Of a stretch of 64,000 bases of DNA, positions 55,603 to 64,000 are shown in pieces; within the stretch, counting starts at the first letter, position 1, and the number at the start of each line of letters is the position of its first letter. This DNA comes from Candidatus Omnitrophota bacterium. GTDB taxonomy: Bacteria; Hinthialibacterota; Hinthialibacteria; Hinthialibacterales; Hinthialibacteraceae. The stretch is taken from NCBI GenBank assembly GCA_003598175.1, contig QZKN01000097.1, positions 23,861 to 87,860 on the forward strand, given 5' to 3'. The translations under genes were made by a program, and so were the position numbers. A model generated the notes under the pieces. The model was given only the letters and a program-made list of their open reading frames with translations, had not been told where the DNA came from and ran no database searches.

Positions 55603-57810
55603 ATGAAACAAAACATGGTTTTAAAACTCATGATGGTCTTTTTGTTATTGACGGCATGGATAGTTCCCCCCTCTCATGCCTTTACCTATTGGGAATGTCT
55701 GAATCAAAAATTAAAATGGGATTCGAATACCGTCCGCATGCGCGCCAGCAGCGTGTCCTTTCCCATCGGCCAAACGCAAACCAACGCATTGGCTTCCGTG
55801 ATCGCCAACCTGAATTTGAATCCGAGCAAATTCGACTTTAATTTAACGTATAACGATGACCATCTTCGCCGCGGCAATGGAGAAAATGAAACGTGGTTTT
55901 CGAGCGATCCCAGCGCGTTGAACGGCGCGCCGGCCATCACGTGGTATTGGTACGATTGCGTGGATTATTGGATTTTCGGAACCGACGTCGAAATGAATGA
56001 AGCGGATGTCGTGTTCGACGTCAACCGCACCTGGACCTTCGGTACGAATAAATACGCCATGTGGAATTACGGCGGCGGCGCGCGGCCCTTCCGCACCACC
56101 GCCATACACGAATTGGGCCACGCCCTCGCCCTGGCCCATACCGCCACCAGCTACAATATCATGGGGGAGGATTGGACCCATATTCACGCGAACGGCGACT
56201 CCGGCAACGCCTATTTCGGTGAAGACGCGTCCAACGGCGCGGTGTTTCTGTATGGCGCCGATTCCACCGCGCGGGAAGATCTGAGCGTCACCCATTGGCG
56301 CTGGACCGGCCACAGCGGCGAATACAGCACGCACAGCCGCACCCGCATTTTCAACAACACCGGATCGGAACTCGCGAAAGTCGCCGGAGAGACGGAACCA
56401 CGGTATTACGTCGACAACGGCCAGACGATCCAGGTCGAATTTACCTACGAAAATAATGGAACGAACTCGCATACCGTCAACATCCAGTTTTATCTATCCA
56501 CAAACGATTATATTTCAACGATGGATCGCCTGCTGCAAACACAAGGCGTGACTCTCGGACGGAATGACGTGTGGACCACCACCCATACGGTTACCTTACC
56601 CAACGATCTTACGCCGAATCAAGATTACTACATCGGCGTGATTGTCGATTCCAGCGACTCTGTCAGCGAAGTCTTCGAATACAACAATGCCACCTACATT
56701 GGTCTTCGCACACGAAATTGGCCTACGCCGACCCCAACCCGAACGGCGACGCCGACGCCGACCAATACACCCTTTATCTTTATTCCCATGACGCCGTTCC
56801 CATACTTTACATTCGTGCCGATTCTTACACCTACGCCGACGCTCGGGATCATCTTTCCGATCGAAACTCTGATTCCGTTTATCACTCCTATTTTCCCGGT
56901 CAGTACGCCAACCCTCAGTGTTCCTCTCACGCCCACGCCCACACCCACACCGCGGCAGACACTGCTGCCTGCCTCTCCGACGCCGACGTCGCGCATCCCG
57001 TCGTTGAGTCGCCGTCTCTTTATTTACGACAATCCCGACGATCAAAGCGGGGATTTAACCGGCCAAACCGATTTCGACAGCGTCGACAATCGGAATTTGA
57101 CGATTGCGTGGGACGCGGAACCGGGAGATGCGACGGATTGGCATATTTACGTGCAGTCAGGTTTCGGCGGCATGCTCTTTCTGGGACGAACCGGCAGTGG
57201 CAATGTGACGCGATTTGATTGGAACAAAAATACCAAAACGGTCGCTCCTGATTTCTCCAACGGACCGGACTTCAATTCCGTCTATAAATTCCGCGTGATT
57301 CGCATCGACGGAAGTCGCGGCGCCAATGATGTCCTCGAGATGCAGACGCCGGTTGGTTTCAATGTGGAAGGCGGAAAACCCGTTCCACTCATCCGCCCCG
57401 CCATGCCCGATTTGTATCCGCGGCAAGTTCTGGTATGCGACGATATTTTCGGCGTCAAAAACATCGCGCCGCCCGTTCGATTGGGCGAAGGCTACGATGT
57501 GGACGACCCGAGTTGGAATGCATTGCAGATCGTCTGGAATTTCGATGTGGATCCTCGCACGGTATTGGATTATCACGTTTTTGTCAGCGTCGACGGAGGA
57601 AATTTTGTTTTTCTGGGGCAAACCCAGAGCGGATTCATCAATTATTTCTGGTGGACCCCCCTGCAACTCTTCAAAACCGATCGCGCCTTTACCGCCGGCC
57701 CGCAAGACGGACACACCTACCAATTCTTAGTGATCCTGTTGCCGCTGAGCGGCAATCGCATGACCTTGAAAACAGGATATGTCGCATATTCCATCGCAGC
57801 GGAAGAATAA
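55603..57810 (+). CDS. Matrixin-like metzincin with CARDB-like domain, Pro/Thr linker and two C-terminal repeats
   Basis: EADVVFD, HELGHALALAH, Met-turn YNIMG; FYLSTND..YYIGVIVD..EYNN; TPTP linker. Confidence 0.78.
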   Translation: MKQNMVLKLMMVFLLLTAWIVPPSHAFTYWECLNQKLKWDSNTVRMRASSVSFPIGQTQTNALASVIANLNLNPSKFDFNLTYNDDHLRRGNGENETWFSSDPSALNGAPAITWYWYDCVDYWIFGTDVEMNEADVVFDVNRTWTFGTNKYAMWNYGGGARPFRTTAIHELGHALALAHTATSYNIMGEDWTHIHANGDSGNAYFGEDASNGAVFLYGADSTAREDLSVTHWRWTGHSGEYSTHSRTRIFNNTGSELAKVAGETEPRYYVDNGQTIQVEFTYENNGTNSHTVNIQFYLSTNDYISTMDRLLQTQGVTLGRNDVWTTTHTVTLPNDLTPNQDYYIGVIVDSSDSVSEVFEYNNATYIGLRTRNWPTPTPTRTATPTPTNTPFIFIPMTPFPYFTFVPILTPTPTLGIIFPIETLIPFITPIFPVSTPTLSVPLTPTPTPTPRQTLLPASPTPTSRIPSLSRRLFIYDNPDDQSGDLTGQTDFDSVDNRNLTIAWDAEPGDATDWHIYVQSGFGGMLFLGRTGSGNVTRFDWNKNTKTVAPDFSNGPDFNSVYKFRVIRIDGSRGANDVLEMQTPVGFNVEGGKPVPLIRPAMPDLYPRQVLVCDDIFGVKNIAPPVRLGEGYDVDDPSWNALQIVWNFDVDPRTVLDYHVFVSVDGGNFVFLGQTQSGFINYFWWTPLQLFKTDRAFTAGPQDGHTYQFLVILLPLSGNRMTLKTGYVAYSIAAEE

Positions 57811-57843
57811 TTCCGATGATGGAAATCGCATGAGATTAACCAA

Positions 57844-57887
57844 AGCCGGCCGGAATACGATTCGTCGTGAATCGGTTCCGGCCGGCT
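57844..57887. terminator. Hairpin between convergent genes
   Basis: AGCCGGCCGGAA...TTCCGGCCGGCT. Confidence 0.5.
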
Positions 57888-57940
57888 GGTTTGACATCGG
57901 ATTCATGGGTCCGATACGACCGGGAATCCGGACCGCATTC

Positions 57941-60355
57941 TCAGTTGCCCGTTTCCTTCTCTTTCAGATGCATCAACGGCTGATCATAAACCGACCGATA
58001 CCCGCCGCCCATGTTGCGGGCCAGCCACAAACGATAATTCAGGTTTTCCGTCGGCGCAATGTAACGTTCCGGCCGTGAATACGTTGCGGTTACGACCGAA
58101 ACCGATTTTTTGCCATCATCATTCGTCGTCAGCACAATGAATTCGTCGCGAAAGTCGCCATATAAATCTGCAACCATGAGAACCTGACTGTGATCGGGAA
58201 AATCAGGCTGGCCGGCGGCGGCGATTTCAATTTCTTTTCCGTTGAAATTACCGATTTGCGGCTTCCCTGGGCTGATCAATTCACGTGTTTCGTCTCCGTC
58301 CCATTCCACCGGCATGTATCCGAACGGAAATGGCTCCAGCAATGTGCGCCCATCCGCGGAGAAGAGGATTAAATTGCGATCGTTGTGACCGGCGCGATTG
58401 GAGACGCATTCGATTCCCGGCGAACCGTCCCAAATATCGGCGGTCCAGCCGGTGTGCCCATGCGTCCAGCGCGGGTCGTCCTCGCGGTTGACTTTCCAGA
58501 TGATTTCCCCGGAATCGGCGTCGACCATGTACACCCCGGCATGAACGCTCGTTTCAACAATATAAAACACTTCCAGGCCGGGGCGTTCCGGCAAATAATC
58601 GTGAACGGAAACAATATCCGGATGTTGTTTGTAAATCGACCAGCGCATGGTTCCATCGTGATTCAGGCAGGTGGTTCCGTTGAACACTTCCTGTTTGCCG
58701 TCGCCGTCCACGTCAACCACTTCGATTTTATGGCCGCCGCTGCCGTTGGTCTCGGCGAAACTGTCGAATCGCCACAATTCGTTCAATTGCGCATCATACG
58801 CGACAAACACCTCGTTTTCATAAAGGCCGGTCTGTGTGATCACCGCCGGATGCTCTCCATCCAAATAGCCGACGGAAAGATGAATGCGGGTCGAGGATTT
58901 GGAAAAATCGGTGACCATATCCGGCCAGGGGGTTTTGTGCAGCAATTCGCCGGTATATCCGTTCAAGACGGCCACGAAAACATCTTCGCCGATTTGCAGG
59001 CGCGTGATGATTTCCGCTTTTCCATCCTGATCCATATCCCACACGTTGAAGGGCACATTGTTGGCGCTGCCGAAACAGTGATTGTGGTTGCAAATGTCCT
59101 TGCGCCAGAGCGAGCGGCCATAGGAAGTGAAGGCTTCGAGCTGAACCGGCAAATCCGGATCCTGCGACATTTCGCTGTTGCCGTTGTCCAGGCGAATCAC
59201 GCAATCCAGCGTTCCGTCGCCATCCAAATCGCCGAAAATAGGAACCAAATTCCCCTGCCGGAATAATGGTTGAAACGAATTTACGACAGATGTCTTTTCA
59301 ACGGACGTGGTAACGCCCACCCATTCCGAACGTCGGCTTTCGTTTCCAGATCCATCCACGGGGCGGACGTAATATTGATAGTGTCGGTCTACCGTCAGAC
59401 CGGTATCGACAAACGTGCTCGATGCGAGCGCATCTTTCGTCACTAAAAAACCGGCATGATTTCGCTCCGTCGCTCGATAAACATGAAATCGCGTCGATTG
59501 GCTGTCATTTCGTAAACAGGCCCAGCTTAAAAATACGTTCCCCTCGCCGATCGCAAGCGCACACAATTTTCGGCTCTGTATCCGCCAGTCGCTGTGGATC
59601 GGTTCCCACACCGGACGAAATCCCAGATCCGGGTGGCGAATGCCGGGCGAGGTGGAAAGGCGATACCCGCATTTCAAATATTCCTCCCCGCGCGCCCACG
59701 ATCCGCCCATAACGCCTCGTTCCACATCAATGGGATTTTCAATGCGATATTTGTACTGTTCCATGGCGGGATCGGGAGAATCCGCCGTCATTTGCCAGAC
59801 ATTTCCCGCCATGCCATAAAGACCGTACCCATTTTTCTCGCCCCACCGCGCCGGCTGTAGATAATCCTGCCAGCGATCGAATCCGCGTGATTGTTTTTCA
59901 TCGTAATTCGCATGTCTCGCCGGCGCTTCGTTTCCCCAGCTATACGATTGATTGACCAGACCGCCGCGCGCCGCGTATTCGAATTCGGCGGACGTGGGAA
60001 GGCGGTAAATTCGACCTTCCTTGCGGCTGAGCCAATCCAAATAGGTTTCCGCGTCATAACGATTCACAAAGATCAACGGATGATCTTCTTTTCCCGCCGG
60101 AATCGTTCTTTCCTGCCAATGCAACGGCGCGGGAAAGTTGGTTTCATCGACAAAGATTTTATATTCGCGATTGGTCAGGGGATGATCGAGGATTTCGAAA
60201 TCCTCCAAACGCATGAGTGTTCCCTTCTGACTTTCGCCGATACCACGCCGAAATTCACCTCCGTTTATCAACACAAAACCATCGGGAAACGATTCGGAAT
60301 AAGAAGGTTGGATAACGTAAATCATGAAAACAATAAACAAGGGCATTAGTCGCAT
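57941..60355 (-). CDS. FGE-sulfatase domain fused to a rhamnogalacturonan lyase (PL11)-like domain
   Basis: YRLPTSAEFEYAARGG, GLYGMAGNVW, LGFR; then VFLSW..FHVYR, GDLDGDG, WDMDQDGKAEI, GGHKIEVVDVDGDGKQE, ADLYGDFRDE. Confidence 0.8.
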   Translation of the reverse strand: MRLMPLFIVFMIYVIQPSYSESFPDGFVLINGGEFRRGIGESQKGTLMRLEDFEILDHPLTNREYKIFVDETNFPAPLHWQERTIPAGKEDHPLIFVNRYDAETYLDWLSRKEGRIYRLPTSAEFEYAARGGLVNQSYSWGNEAPARHANYDEKQSRGFDRWQDYLQPARWGEKNGYGLYGMAGNVWQMTADSPDPAMEQYKYRIENPIDVERGVMGGSWARGEEYLKCGYRLSTSPGIRHPDLGFRPVWEPIHSDWRIQSRKLCALAIGEGNVFLSWACLRNDSQSTRFHVYRATERNHAGFLVTKDALASSTFVDTGLTVDRHYQYYVRPVDGSGNESRRSEWVGVTTSVEKTSVVNSFQPLFRQGNLVPIFGDLDGDGTLDCVIRLDNGNSEMSQDPDLPVQLEAFTSYGRSLWRKDICNHNHCFGSANNVPFNVWDMDQDGKAEIITRLQIGEDVFVAVLNGYTGELLHKTPWPDMVTDFSKSSTRIHLSVGYLDGEHPAVITQTGLYENEVFVAYDAQLNELWRFDSFAETNGSGGHKIEVVDVDGDGKQEVFNGTTCLNHDGTMRWSIYKQHPDIVSVHDYLPERPGLEVFYIVETSVHAGVYMVDADSGEIIWKVNREDDPRWTHGHTGWTADIWDGSPGIECVSNRAGHNDRNLILFSADGRTLLEPFPFGYMPVEWDGDETRELISPGKPQIGNFNGKEIEIAAAGQPDFPDHSQVLMVADLYGDFRDEFIVLTTNDDGKKSVSVVTATYSRPERYIAPTENLNYRLWLARNMGGGYRSVYDQPLMHLKEKETGN

Positions 60356-60391
60356 GGGTAATATCCTTTCTTGGTCTTATATATGAAAATG

Positions 60392-60431
60392 GTACTCGTA
60401 GGTGCGGTTCGCGAACCGCCCCTACGAGTAC
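60392..60431. repeat. GTAG-family REP palindrome
   Basis: GTACTCGTAGGTGCGGTTCGCGAACCGCCCCTACGAGTAC, near-perfect 40-bp palindrome. Confidence 0.75.
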
Positions 60432-60783
60432 TTTTTATCTTTCGTTGTGACCAATCAGTCATGTCGGTTTTGATGAAAATGCACCCGAGTGGCAAAGACA
60501 GTGTTATTTCTGACCTCGGTTGGTATCTTTTCATTCTCCTCAATTTTCTTTGTAATTTCACCACAGAATCATCATACTGACAATACAATCGGAAGTAAAT
60601 TAAGCAATCTCGGAGAATAAGCCTTTCCCCTTATTGTCTCAAATCACTTCCTCTTGCATTTCATCCTCGTTTTTCGCCATTCATCTCATCCACTCGCAAT
60701 CAATCACAAATTGCACAGCATTCACTCTTCTTTCACGTATTATTCCCAAACGAATAAGGAAAATTCAAAAGGAGAGGATTCCG

Positions 60784-62097
60784 ATGAAAAAATATATTTT
60801 CCTTGCCCTTGTTTTTTTGATCGTTGCCGTCGGATTTGGATATGGAAGATTCTCAACACAGGATCAAAATCCCGATTTGCCTCAAATAAAAACGGCAGAA
60901 GTCAAACAAGGTCCAATCACTCTTTCCATTTCCACGACCGGATGCGCGGATTCCAATCTCGATGTGGACATCAAATGCAAGGCCAGCGGCGAAATTATTG
61001 CGCTGCCGTTCGACGTCAGCGACCAGGTCAAGAAAGGCGATTTGCTGCTCGAAATCGATCCCATCGATGAGGAACGCAATGTCAATCAGGCCAAAGCGAC
61101 TCTGGCTTCCTCTCGCGCGCAACTGGCGCAAGCAACCCTCAGCTTGCAAATTGAAGAACGCAATCTAAGGACGGAGCGAAAGCGCCTGAATGCCAACTTG
61201 AAATCCGTGGAAGTCAAGGCAAAAGACGAGGCGTCGAAAACGGAACGCATGAAAGAATTGCTCGCGAAAAAGTTGATCAGCCAGGAAGAATATGACGCCT
61301 CCATCACCGCGAGTGTGCAAGCGGATGTGAATCTTGAAACCGTCAAAATCCAACTCGAGGAATTGGACATCAAGGAAATCCAGCTGGACGTCAAACGGGA
61401 AGAAATCAAATTGCGGGAAGCGCAAATCGAACGGGATAAAATCTCGTTGGCAATCAATCAACGCCGTTATGATGAAACGAAAGTCGTTTCCCCGATCGAT
61501 GGGACGGTTGCTTTTCGCAAGGTGCAGGTGGGGCAAATCATTTCGTCCGGCATCACCAACATCGGCGGAGGCGACACGGTTTTAACCATCTCCGATCTTT
61601 CACGGATTTATGTATTGGCGGATGTGGATGAGAGTGAAATCGGCGAAGTGCGGGTCGGACAGGCGGTCAAAATCACCGTCGATGCGTTTCCGAATCAACT
61701 GTTTGAAGGAAAAGTGGTTCGGATTGCCACAGCAGGTGAGAATGTTTCCAACGTCGTGACATTTGAAGTCAAAATCGAGGTCATCAGCGAAAATAAACAA
61801 TTATTGAAGCCGGGAATGACGGCTGATGTCGAAATTCTTGCCGCCGAACGCAAGCAGGCGTTGTTGATTCCGACCGATGCCGTTACCAACAAACACAATC
61901 AGTATTACGTCTCCGTTGTGAATGCAACCGGTGAATCGGAAGAACGGGAAATTGAGATCGGCATCACGGATTATGAAAATTACGAAGTCGTGAAAGGGCT
62001 GCAACTCGGCGAACGTGTAGTAATCAACGAGGACGACGCGATCGATAGCCGCTGGAACCAAAATCGAGGTTTCATGCCTCCGCCCCCGCCGATGTAA
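60784..62097 (+). CDS. MacA-like periplasmic adaptor (membrane fusion protein)
   Basis: N-terminal TM, SGEII..VKKGDLL, coiled coil, SPIDGTV, VDESEIG, LKPGMTA. Confidence 0.9.
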   Translation: MKKYIFLALVFLIVAVGFGYGRFSTQDQNPDLPQIKTAEVKQGPITLSISTTGCADSNLDVDIKCKASGEIIALPFDVSDQVKKGDLLLEIDPIDEERNVNQAKATLASSRAQLAQATLSLQIEERNLRTERKRLNANLKSVEVKAKDEASKTERMKELLAKKLISQEEYDASITASVQADVNLETVKIQLEELDIKEIQLDVKREEIKLREAQIERDKISLAINQRRYDETKVVSPIDGTVAFRKVQVGQIISSGITNIGGGDTVLTISDLSRIYVLADVDESEIGEVRVGQAVKITVDAFPNQLFEGKVVRIATAGENVSNVVTFEVKIEVISENKQLLKPGMTADVEILAAERKQALLIPTDAVTNKHNQYYVSVVNATGESEEREIEIGITDYENYEVVKGLQLGERVVINEDDAIDSRWNQNRGFMPPPPPM

Positions 62098-62131
62098 TTG
62101 AAAGCGTCTCTGCAGAAAGGACCAAACATTC

Positions 62132-62803
62132 ATGATCATCGCCGAATCCCTGACCAAGACATATCGCATTGGCGAAGAAACCATTCACGCATTAAATCAC
62201 GTCAGTTTCACCATCGAAAAAGGCGAAATGGTCGCCGTCACCGGCGCGTCCGGCAGCGGCAAATCAACCTTGTTGCATATTTTGGGCTGTTTGGACCGCC
62301 CTGATTCGGGCGACTATTTTCTTGATAAACAAAATGTGTCCAAACTCGATGGGAATACATTGGCGAGGATTCGCGGCGCTCGCATCGGTTTCATTTTTCA
62401 AACATTCAATCTGCTCCCGCGAACTTCGGCATTGGAAAATGTGGAGTTGCCGTTGCTGTACGCGGGGAAAACCAGCGCCAAAGAACTTGCGCGCGCCGCA
62501 TTGCAAACCGTCGGCCTGGCGGATCGCATGAAACACGAACCCAATCAGCTTTCCGGCGGGCAACGGCAACGCGTCGCCATCGCCCGAGCCATCGTCACCA
62601 ATCCCGCCATCATCCTGGCGGATGAACCGACGGGCAATCTCGATACCACGACCAGCGAAGAAATCATGGCATTGCTGCAACGTTTAAACGTGGAGGGACG
62701 CACGATTCTGATCGTGACTCACGAACCGGAAATTGCGTCTCATTGTCGGCGCGAAATTCAGATGCGAGACGGGCAAATCGTTACTATTCGCCATCACGGA
62801 TGA
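62132..62803 (+). CDS. MacB/LolD-type ABC ATPase
   Basis: [46 protein letters not shown]. Confidence 0.95.
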   Translation: MIIAESLTKTYRIGEETIHALNHVSFTIEKGEMVAVTGASGSGKSTLLHILGCLDRPDSGDYFLDKQNVSKLDGNTLARIRGARIGFIFQTFNLLPRTSALENVELPLLYAGKTSAKELARAALQTVGLADRMKHEPNQLSGGQRQRVAIARAIVTNPAIILADEPTGNLDTTTSEEIMALLQRLNVEGRTILIVTHEPEIASHCRREIQMRDGQIVTIRHHG

Positions 62804-62813
62804 GGAAAAAACG

Positions 62814-64000
62814 ATGTTAATTTGGATCATTCTTAAAATTTCCTTAAAGAGTTTATTCGTCAACAAACTGCGTACCTTCCTGGCTACTTTGGGTATCGTT
62901 ATCGGCGTTTCCGCCGTCATCACGATGATGGGCATCGGGACAGGCGCCCGCAATCAAATCATGAGTCAAATCAATTCGATGGGCACGAATTTGCTGGTCG
63001 TCCGACCGGCGCGAAGCCGCGGACAGGGGGTGATGAGCGGCAGCCGGCAGACGTTGACCGTCGACGACGCGGAAAAAATATTAAAACGGATTGCGAATGT
63101 CGAAAAAATTGCGCCGGTCATCAATACGCGCGCACAGGTGAAATATCTGAACAATAATGCGGATACCACCGTCACCGGCGCTTGCAGAACCTATTTCTCC
63201 ATTCGTAATTTTCAAATCGATAAAGGACGTTCGTTCACCGACGGAGAATCGGAGCGCAATGCGCGGGTGGCGATTCTCGGCCCCCAGACGGTCGAAAATC
63301 TGTTTGACGATGCGGATGCGGATTGTCTGGGAGAAACGATTAAAGTCAAAGGCATCAATTTCCGTATCATCGGCGTGTTGAAATCGAAAGGGGATCAAGG
63401 GTGGTTCAATCCCGACGATCAGATCATTGTTCCCTACACCACCGCCATGAATCGAATTGCGGGCGTCGATTATTTGAGCGAAATCGATATTCAAGTCATC
63501 GATGAAAACCAAATCGACGCCACCGAATTGGCGACGGAAAAACTTCTGCGAAAACTTCACCGCCTGCAGGAGGATAAAGAAAACGATTTCAACATTCAAA
63601 ACCAGGCCGAAATGCTGGAAACCGCCTCCACCATCCTCGGCACATTCACATTATTGCTCAGCGGAATTGCCGGCATCTCACTTCTTGTCGGTGGGATCGG
63701 CATCATGAATATCATGCTCGTCACCGTTACCGAACGGATACGGGAAATCGGCATCCGCAAATCGATCGGCGCCAAAAACCGCGATATTTTGCAGCAATTT
63801 TTAATTGAGGCGATTTTGATGAGTGGACTGGGCGGATTGATCGGTATTTTTTTGGGAATTAATTTTTTAGAAATGATAGATCGTTTCACGGAACTCTCCA
63901 CCGCGATCGAAACGTATTCCATTGTTCTTTCTTTCGCGATCTCCGCGACGGTGGGGATATTTTTCGGGTATTATCCCGCCCGCCGGGCGGCCAAAATGGA
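62814..64000 (+). CDS. MacB-type ABC permease, truncated at the right edge
   Basis: Manual translation: NKLRTFLATLGIVIGVSAVI, ISLLVGGIGIMNIMLVTVTERIREIGIRKSIGA, FFGYYPARRAA. Confidence 0.92.
   Translation, partial: MLIWIILKISLKSLFVNKLRTFLATLGIVIGVSAVITMMGIGTGARNQIMSQINSMGTNLLVVRPARSRGQGVMSGSRQTLTVDDAEKILKRIANVEKIAPVINTRAQVKYLNNNADTTVTGACRTYFSIRNFQIDKGRSFTDGESERNARVAILGPQTVENLFDDADADCLGETIKVKGINFRIIGVLKSKGDQGWFNPDDQIIVPYTTAMNRIAGVDYLSEIDIQVIDENQIDATELATEKLLRKLHRLQEDKENDFNIQNQAEMLETASTILGTFTLLLSGIAGISLLVGGIGIMNIMLVTVTERIREIGIRKSIGAKNRDILQQFLIEAILMSGLGGLIGIFLGINFLEMIDRFTELSTAIETYSIVLSFAISATVGIFFGYYPARRAAKM

Overview
64 kb of chromosome from a diderm bacterium (secretin and beta-barrel genes), moderate GC, rich in secreted glycan-active enzymes. 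Pro/Thr linkers, a T-box and shared Trp-containing C-termini suggest a Sumerlaeota/Hinthialibacterota-like candidate phylum (inference only). Main blocks: (1) 850-6351, an uncharacterised cluster of a cysteine desulfurase-like enzyme, small proteins, an outer-membrane barrel, two V4R-like proteins and a CZB chemoreceptor; (2) PIN toxin-antitoxin pairs, a BlaI repressor without BlaR1, and glycan enzymes; (3) an orphan structured ~180-nt RNA with its own promoter and terminator (13.86-14.04 kb); (4) leuA under a Leu(CUC) T-box with a coupled upstream ORF; (5) an 8.4-kb satellite-like element (integrase, AlpA, DUF3987 replicase) in tRNA-Pro(TGG), flanked by mosaic att arms; (6) a sigma54-driven type II secretion operon that starts with a Spy/ZraP-like protein, ends with a ZraS/ZraR-like pair, and has a secretin split into two separately exported genes inside an N-domain; (7) TA remnants, a metalloprotease pair, a PL11-like lyase and a MacAB-type exporter. 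Best candidates for undescribed systems: the split-secretin T2SS with its regulators, the V4R/desulfurase/barrel sensory cassette, a shared C-terminal Trp motif on secreted proteins, and the orphan ncRNA. All family calls come from motif recognition by eye; no searches were run.
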